Below are positions 58,702 through 64,000 of a stretch of 64,000 nt of DNA, in pieces. The notes under the pieces were generated by a model. It searched no databases. It was not told where the DNA came from and worked only from the letters and a program-made list of their open reading frames with translations. A program made the translations under genes and the position numbers. The stretch lies in contig OZ219801.1 in the NCBI GenBank assembly GCA_964291655.2, positions 352,001 to 416,000 of the forward strand, given 5' to 3'. The stretch's first letter is position 1; every line of letters begins with the position of its first letter. This stretch comes from Chloroflexota bacterium (lineage in GTDB: Bacteria > Chloroflexota > UBA11872 > VXOZ01).

Positions 58702-59415
58702 ATGACACCGCTCCTCACCGCCCTCGTCGCCTTTGGCGCCGGCATTGCCTCATTCCTCTCACCGTGCGTACTGCCGCTTGTACCGGCCTACATTGGTCAT
58801 TTGGCGGGAACGAGTGTGTCTGAGGAGCAGGACGCCCAAGCAACGATGCGCACCGTCGCCCACGCGGCCTTTTTCGTACTCGGCTTTTCTACCATCTTTG
58901 TGCTGCTTTGGACACTCATCGGCCTGGTAGGCTGGGCAATTCAGGGGTACACTTTCTATCTGCGTTACATCGGAGGCGTGATTCTTGTCGTTTTCGGGCT
59001 GCACGTTGCCGGAGTCTTTCGCGTGCGCTGGCTCAACCAGGAGCGCCGAGTCTACGTGGACCGCAGCCGCCCGCGCAGCTATCTTACTTCGTGGCTTGTC
59101 GGCCTTACATTTGCCGCAGGCTGGACGCCCTGCATCGGCCCCATCCTCGCCGGCATAATTGCCCTGGCGACGACACGGGAGACGGTGGGGCAAGGCTCAT
59201 TGCTCCTGGCACTCTACTCAGCCGGACTTGGCATCCCGTTCTTGCTTACCGCGGTCGGACTCTCCCGCGCGGTGCCCGCCATTCGCTGGATGAATCGGCA
59301 CGGCCATACCGTGGAGGTGGTCAGCGGCGGCTTCCTGATCGTGGTGGGCGTAATGCTGTTTACAAACACGTTCGCCCTTCTCAATGCCTACTTTGCGTGG
59401 ATCCCAGTTTTCTAG
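58702..59415 (+). CDS. ccdA: Cytochrome c biogenesis protein CcdA
   Basis: SFLSPCVLPLVP and GWTPCIGPIL; six TM helices. Confidence 0.92.
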   Translation: MTPLLTALVAFGAGIASFLSPCVLPLVPAYIGHLAGTSVSEEQDAQATMRTVAHAAFFVLGFSTIFVLLWTLIGLVGWAIQGYTFYLRYIGGVILVVFGLHVAGVFRVRWLNQERRVYVDRSRPRSYLTSWLVGLTFAAGWTPCIGPILAGIIALATTRETVGQGSLLLALYSAGLGIPFLLTAVGLSRAVPAIRWMNRHGHTVEVVSGGFLIVVGVMLFTNTFALLNAYFAWIPVF

Positions 59416-59514
59416 CCATGGGGTAACAGTGTCCGCTTAGTCCGGTAGCGCAGGTTTGCAACCTGCATCCTAAGGTGCGGAAACGACCCGAGCATGCGCC
59501 ATCGCCCAAGAACC

Positions 59515-59545
59515 AAAAAGCGTGGGAACGATGTTCCCACGCTTT
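59515..59545 (-). terminator. Intrinsic terminator of the molybdoenzyme operon
   Basis: Minus strand AAAGCGTGGGAAC-ATC-GTTCCCACGCTTTTT. Confidence 0.7.
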
Positions 59546-59575
59546 CAAATTTGTCCCGCTCAGCACTCAACCGCA

Positions 59576-62359
59576 TCAAGGCATGCGATACACCTCAGCC
59601 GCCGGTTTTACCGGGCGTGGAATCCACAGCGGCCGGCGCAACGCATTCGTACCTTCTGCGGGGCGGGTCTTCTTCATCCACTCCAGGTACACTTGGTGAG
59701 ACCTATCAGTATCCACAAAGACATCGCCGTATTGATCGTCGGCGCCTGCCGTTTCGACGCACACCTTCTGGTGCCAGCAGTGCATGCCGCTCACCGGGTC
59801 CGGGTGCACCGGGAAGGTCATATTCTGATGCACGCCGGAATCTTTCCACCAGACGCGGTCTGAATCCGGGTCCGGGCTTTTGAATGGCCTCACGCCTTCA
59901 ATTTGCCGCATGAACCACTGCCCGTCCTTTACCTGCTTCAAGTCCACGTGGGCGGTCGACCAGCGCTCGCCGCCGCTCTCCTTCGAGAGTCGCCAGCGCC
60001 CCAGGTGGTGTGAACATGCCACAATCCCGGGACGTATGCCTTCCGTGACCCAGACACGTATGACGAAGTAGCCCACTTCCGTACTTACCCTGGCAAGATC
60101 GCCGGTTTCAAACACAAGCCGTTCGGCGTCCTTTGGGTGCACCCAGAGCGGATTGGTATGCGAAATCTCATACAGCCACTTGGCATTTCCCGCCCGCGTA
60201 TGGATGAGTGTCGGCAGACGGAACGTGGGCAACAGGACGTATTCACCCTTGCCGTGGTCGATGTTATCTCGATGCACATGACTCCTGATGTAGGTCGGCA
60301 CGGCGTATTCCGACCACTTGAACTCGCGCATTGTATCGGAGAAGAACTCCAGCTTGCGGGAAGGCGTATGGAACCCTTCAACCGCCGTGCCATCCACCTC
60401 TACTCCAAGCACTTCGCCGTTCTTCCGCACCTGGTGGGTAACGGGATCAATCTCTGCCCCGTCGAGCTGCTCGGCGGTCAGCGGGTTTTCATGCACAGCA
60501 TAGGTGTCCCGCTTCACTTCGAATGCGCCGTACTTGCGCATATACGCGAGGGGCGCAAGCTCCTCTTTCTCCGCAGCCTCCGGCAGTCCCGGTACACTAT
60601 TCTCGAATATCCACTGGTAGTACTCGCTTATCGTCAGCTTTTCACCGGGCCGGTATGGGGACTCGAAGAATTCCCGCACGCCCAAGCTGCCATCGGGGTC
60701 GATGCGCCAGGAGAGCTCAATCCAGAACTCATCCTCTTCCCACACCTCACCGGGATTGGCTTCGTAGGTGAACTCGACGGCATCGCCGTTCTTTTCACGC
60801 GCCACCCGCAGCACCGGTTGGCGGAAACCGATCCAAGCCCCGGCTTGCGTCTCTTGGCTCATGAGATCGTGGCGCTCGGCGCCGTTGCCCATGGGCAACA
60901 CGTAGTCCGCAAACCAGGCCGTCTCGCTCCACACCGGCGTCAACGCGGCATGGACACCCACCTTATCCTCGTCACTCAGCATTTCGATCCACGAGGCCCC
61001 ATCGGGATTAGTCCACACCGGGTTATAGACCCGCGTGAAGTAAGTATCTACCTTGCCGCGTCCTTCTTTAAGAAAGTGCGGCAACAGAATGCTCATCTCA
61101 TGGTGCGCCAGCGGAAATTCCTTCGGCCACAAAAGCTCGCTCCATACCTGCTGCGGCGGGGGTTTGATGTAGGGCGCGGGCGCGAACTTATTCCAACTAT
61201 TCGGCGACGTGCCGCCGCGCGTGCCGATGCTCCCCGTCAACACGCCGAGAAAGGTCAGGCAGCGGGAGACTTGCCAGCCGCCTTCATTGCCGGAGGCCGC
61301 ACTGCGCCACACATGGCTGGCAAAAGCGGTGCCCGCCGCGGCGATCTCGCGCGCCACCGCAACGATCTGGCTGGCGTCTACTCCACTCTCCTGCTCGGCA
61401 AACTCCGGTGTGTACGAGGCATAGAACTCTTTGATGGCGGCAATAAAATTGTCGAATGTTGCATCCACGTCAGGATGCTCAGTGCGCATGTACTCGTGCC
61501 AATTCAGCCACTTCTCCATGAAGTCGCGGTTGTAACGGTCTTCCTGCAAGATGATGTTTGCCATGGCAAGCAGCATTGCCGCCTCAGAACCCGGCCATGA
61601 CGACAGCCAGTAGTCTGCCCGCGAGGCAGTATTTGAAAGCCGCGTATCGATGACGGCAATCTTGGCCCCAGAGAGCTTGCCCTCAATGATCCGCTGGGCA
61701 TGGGGATTGAAGTAGTGCCCCGTTTCCAGGTGAGCGCTGATTAGCAGCATGAACCGCGAATTGGCGTGATCGGGCGAGGGTCGGTCCGCGCCCTGCCAGA
61801 GCGTGTATCCCAGACGCGCGCCTGACGAGCAGACGTTGGTATGGCTGTTATGTCCGTCCACGCCCCAGGCCTGGAGCACGCGGTCCATGTAGCCGTCGTG
61901 TCCGGGACGACCCACGTGATACATAACCTCAGTGCGCCGGTCTTCCTGTAGTGCGCGTCGAATGCGCGCTGCGAGCGAATCGAGCACTTCATCCCACGTG
62001 GTCCGTTCCCACTCGCCGGAGCCGCGGGGCCCGGTGCGCTTCATGGGGTAGAGTATGCGCTCCGGATCATGCACCTGGTTGATAGTCGCCGGGCCTTTCG
62101 CGCAGTTACGGCCGCGACTGCCGGGATGCGCCGGATTGCCCTCGAACTTGCGAATGCGCATGTCTTCTTTGTCGATGTACGCCAGCAGGCCGCACGCGGA
62201 CTCGCAGTTAAAGCATACGGTTGGGACCAGCATGTAGTTCTTCGGGACTTTCTGGGGCCAGGCTTCCGGGTCGTATTCAGTCCAGTCGTCCCACTGCTCT
62301 ACCGGAGGGTAGTTCGCAAGCTGGCCTGACTCGGGAAACTGTGGTTTGAAAACCGACAT
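59576..62359 (-). CDS. Molybdopterin (bis-MGD) oxidoreductase catalytic subunit
   Basis: CFNCESAC..CAKG 4Fe-4S motif, RILYPMKR, HTNVCSS putative Mo-ligand Cys, TPSRKLEF; no Tat signal. Confidence 0.9.
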   Translation of the reverse strand: MSVFKPQFPESGQLANYPPVEQWDDWTEYDPEAWPQKVPKNYMLVPTVCFNCESACGLLAYIDKEDMRIRKFEGNPAHPGSRGRNCAKGPATINQVHDPERILYPMKRTGPRGSGEWERTTWDEVLDSLAARIRRALQEDRRTEVMYHVGRPGHDGYMDRVLQAWGVDGHNSHTNVCSSGARLGYTLWQGADRPSPDHANSRFMLLISAHLETGHYFNPHAQRIIEGKLSGAKIAVIDTRLSNTASRADYWLSSWPGSEAAMLLAMANIILQEDRYNRDFMEKWLNWHEYMRTEHPDVDATFDNFIAAIKEFYASYTPEFAEQESGVDASQIVAVAREIAAAGTAFASHVWRSAASGNEGGWQVSRCLTFLGVLTGSIGTRGGTSPNSWNKFAPAPYIKPPPQQVWSELLWPKEFPLAHHEMSILLPHFLKEGRGKVDTYFTRVYNPVWTNPDGASWIEMLSDEDKVGVHAALTPVWSETAWFADYVLPMGNGAERHDLMSQETQAGAWIGFRQPVLRVAREKNGDAVEFTYEANPGEVWEEDEFWIELSWRIDPDGSLGVREFFESPYRPGEKLTISEYYQWIFENSVPGLPEAAEKEELAPLAYMRKYGAFEVKRDTYAVHENPLTAEQLDGAEIDPVTHQVRKNGEVLGVEVDGTAVEGFHTPSRKLEFFSDTMREFKWSEYAVPTYIRSHVHRDNIDHGKGEYVLLPTFRLPTLIHTRAGNAKWLYEISHTNPLWVHPKDAERLVFETGDLARVSTEVGYFVIRVWVTEGIRPGIVACSHHLGRWRLSKESGGERWSTAHVDLKQVKDGQWFMRQIEGVRPFKSPDPDSDRVWWKDSGVHQNMTFPVHPDPVSGMHCWHQKVCVETAGADDQYGDVFVDTDRSHQVYLEWMKKTRPAEGTNALRRPLWIPRPVKPAAEVYRMP

Positions 62360-62378
62360 TGCGCGGTTGCTCCTCTCG

Positions 62379-63938
62379 CTAGCTCAGCGGCAGCGCTTGA
62401 CCGGCTCTTACCCAAATGTCTTCGAATAGCAGCAACCCTACGAGCGCGCCCGCGCCTGCAACGATCACTGCAGCCGGTGCAAGTCCCAATGGGATCGCGA
62501 TAAGCAGTATCACCGGCAATACGTGCCCAGCACCGACCACACCGGCCCAGAAGCGCTGCGAGTACTGGCCCCGCAAGATCATTTGCGCGGCCTTGGCAGC
62601 ATCCCTCGTGCCATGCGGCAACCACAGCTCGCCAACCAAGATGATGAATAGGTTGGCAATCAGGCCCCAAAGCAAGACGGTGCGCAAGAACTCCTCGGTT
62701 TGTACGGTCGTCTCGACTACTGTGCCAAGGAGTGCCAATGATGCGGCGCCAGCCAACGCGGCCTGCACCAAGAGGTGCACCGGCAACGCGGGGCTCAACC
62801 ACAGGTCGCGCGCTTTCGACTGCGCAAAGAGAAATCCCGTATATATAGCAGCGAGGATTGCCAACACGCCTCCCGGCCACCAGAGTACCTGCATCAGACC
62901 TCCCGCACCGGCCAGTGCAGCAAGTAAGCTTAGACCTACAACTACGGCAAAGAACAGCAAGATGTACGTGCCGATGGCAACCCATGATCGCCATTGCGGG
63001 CGAATGAGAATGGTATAGAAGCGGTCGGGGCGCTGGAGGTCCCAAACCAGTAGGCCGGCCGTGATTGCGAGGAATATCAAGGCCAGAATTGGGCCGCCCC
63101 ACGCCAGCAGCGGGTTATCCGCCACCAAGCCCAACGCGAGACCGGCAGCGGGCAGCAGAAAAGCGCCTGCGGCGATTGATTTCGTCCAAATGTACGCGCT
63201 GACTTTCCATCCCCAGGGCGTCGGGTGATCCACGTCGTACACCGTCTTGGCCGACTTTGCCACCAGGTCCTGGAGCAAGAACTCACTGTCCTGGAGCATG
63301 TTCGGGTTCTGGCCGTTGCCGTTGGCATTCGGCATTTCACTCCACATGCCGTAATCCTTGACCGGAGTCGCGGCCGAAGGGGTCAGGCTGCTCTCGTCGG
63401 CATCGATATAGAAGAGCTTCGGTACCGTGCCTTTCTCGGGCTTGCGCACCTGCACCGGCTCGCGTGAGATCAGCTTGGAGATGTAGCTCGTCGGATCGTC
63501 CAAGTCTCCCGATACAATGGCCTGGGTGGGACAAACCACCTGGCACGACGGTTCCAACCCAACCTCAACGCGGTGCGCGCAGAAGTTGCACTTCGCGGCG
63601 GTATGCGTGTCAGGATCAATGTGTAGCGCATCATACGGACATGCTTGGAGGCAGGCCTTACAGCCAATACACCGCTCGGGATCGAAATCGACGATGCCAT
63701 CTTGCTCGCGGCGGTACAGCGCAGTGACCGGACAAGACGGGATGCAGGGAGCATCATCGCAGTGGTTGCAGCGGAGTACGGTGAAGTGGCGGCGGTTATC
63801 AGGAAACTGGCCGGTCTCAACGTACTTCACCCAGGTGCGGTAGACGCCTAACGGCACGTCATGCTCGGATTTACACGCAACCGTACATGCATGACAACCA
63901 ATACACTTGCGGTTGTCGATAAGAAAGCCAAATCTCAT
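62379..63938 (-). CDS. 4Fe-4S dicluster protein fused to an NrfD/PsrC membrane anchor
   Basis: CIGCHAC..C, CNHC..PC...CP, CIGCKAC..CP, KCNFC; followed by PWGW, DL.RPDRF, SW...G, YTGFL and about eight TM helices. Confidence 0.9.
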   Translation of the reverse strand: MRFGFLIDNRKCIGCHACTVACKSEHDVPLGVYRTWVKYVETGQFPDNRRHFTVLRCNHCDDAPCIPSCPVTALYRREQDGIVDFDPERCIGCKACLQACPYDALHIDPDTHTAAKCNFCAHRVEVGLEPSCQVVCPTQAIVSGDLDDPTSYISKLISREPVQVRKPEKGTVPKLFYIDADESSLTPSAATPVKDYGMWSEMPNANGNGQNPNMLQDSEFLLQDLVAKSAKTVYDVDHPTPWGWKVSAYIWTKSIAAGAFLLPAAGLALGLVADNPLLAWGGPILALIFLAITAGLLVWDLQRPDRFYTILIRPQWRSWVAIGTYILLFFAVVVGLSLLAALAGAGGLMQVLWWPGGVLAILAAIYTGFLFAQSKARDLWLSPALPVHLLVQAALAGAASLALLGTVVETTVQTEEFLRTVLLWGLIANLFIILVGELWLPHGTRDAAKAAQMILRGQYSQRFWAGVVGAGHVLPVILLIAIPLGLAPAAVIVAGAGALVGLLLFEDIWVRAGQALPLS

Positions 63939-64000
63939 AGCGGTTCCTGTGCACGTAAAGGAGTCATTCTGGTGCCCAATTATACAACAGAGCCTGCCGG

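Noticed and set aside
60137-61600. 487-aa plus-strand ORF
   Set aside because: Antisense shadow of the molybdoenzyme gene.

Overview
The window has three parts. (1) Bases 1-~24.9 kb are the right-hand portion of a GC-rich integrative conjugative element (ICE) inserted at the 3' end of a tRNA-Ala(GGC) gene. Its minus-strand recombination/replication region encodes a Cas4-like PD-(D/E)xK nuclease, a TSCPD protein split by a group II intron, a Rad52-like annealase and a CHC2-Toprim primase. Its plus strand carries a minimal type IV secretion operon (VirB6-, two pilin-, PrgI-, VirB4- and VirD4-like genes plus a Replic_Relax relaxase), small regulators, two cargo genes and a large serine recombinase whose frame runs antisense through the tRNA. 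(2) Bases 26771-31329 are a nested mobile structure. An outer non-coding unit with 15-bp inverted repeats and a 6-bp target duplication contains a ~225-bp REP-hairpin tandem array. One IS481, two IS481-type 288-bp MITEs and one IS1182 have all inserted in hairpins of that array. (3) The remainder is host chromosome, inferred to be Chloroflexota-like from the Tat-lipoprotein solute-binding proteins and the ICE architecture. It holds tlyA, a PrsW-NHL fusion, hydrolases, three orphan solute-binding proteins, a complete N-methylglutamate methylamine pathway (mgsABC, mgdBCDA, gmaS), ccdA and a molybdoenzyme/Fe-S-NrfD pair. The most striking observations are a subtilase-fold protein with an apparent Glu-His-Cys triad, a group II intron carrying an antisense membrane-protein ORF inside an enlarged domain II, and the REP-array landing-pad element. 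All family assignments are by eye from motifs; no searches were run.
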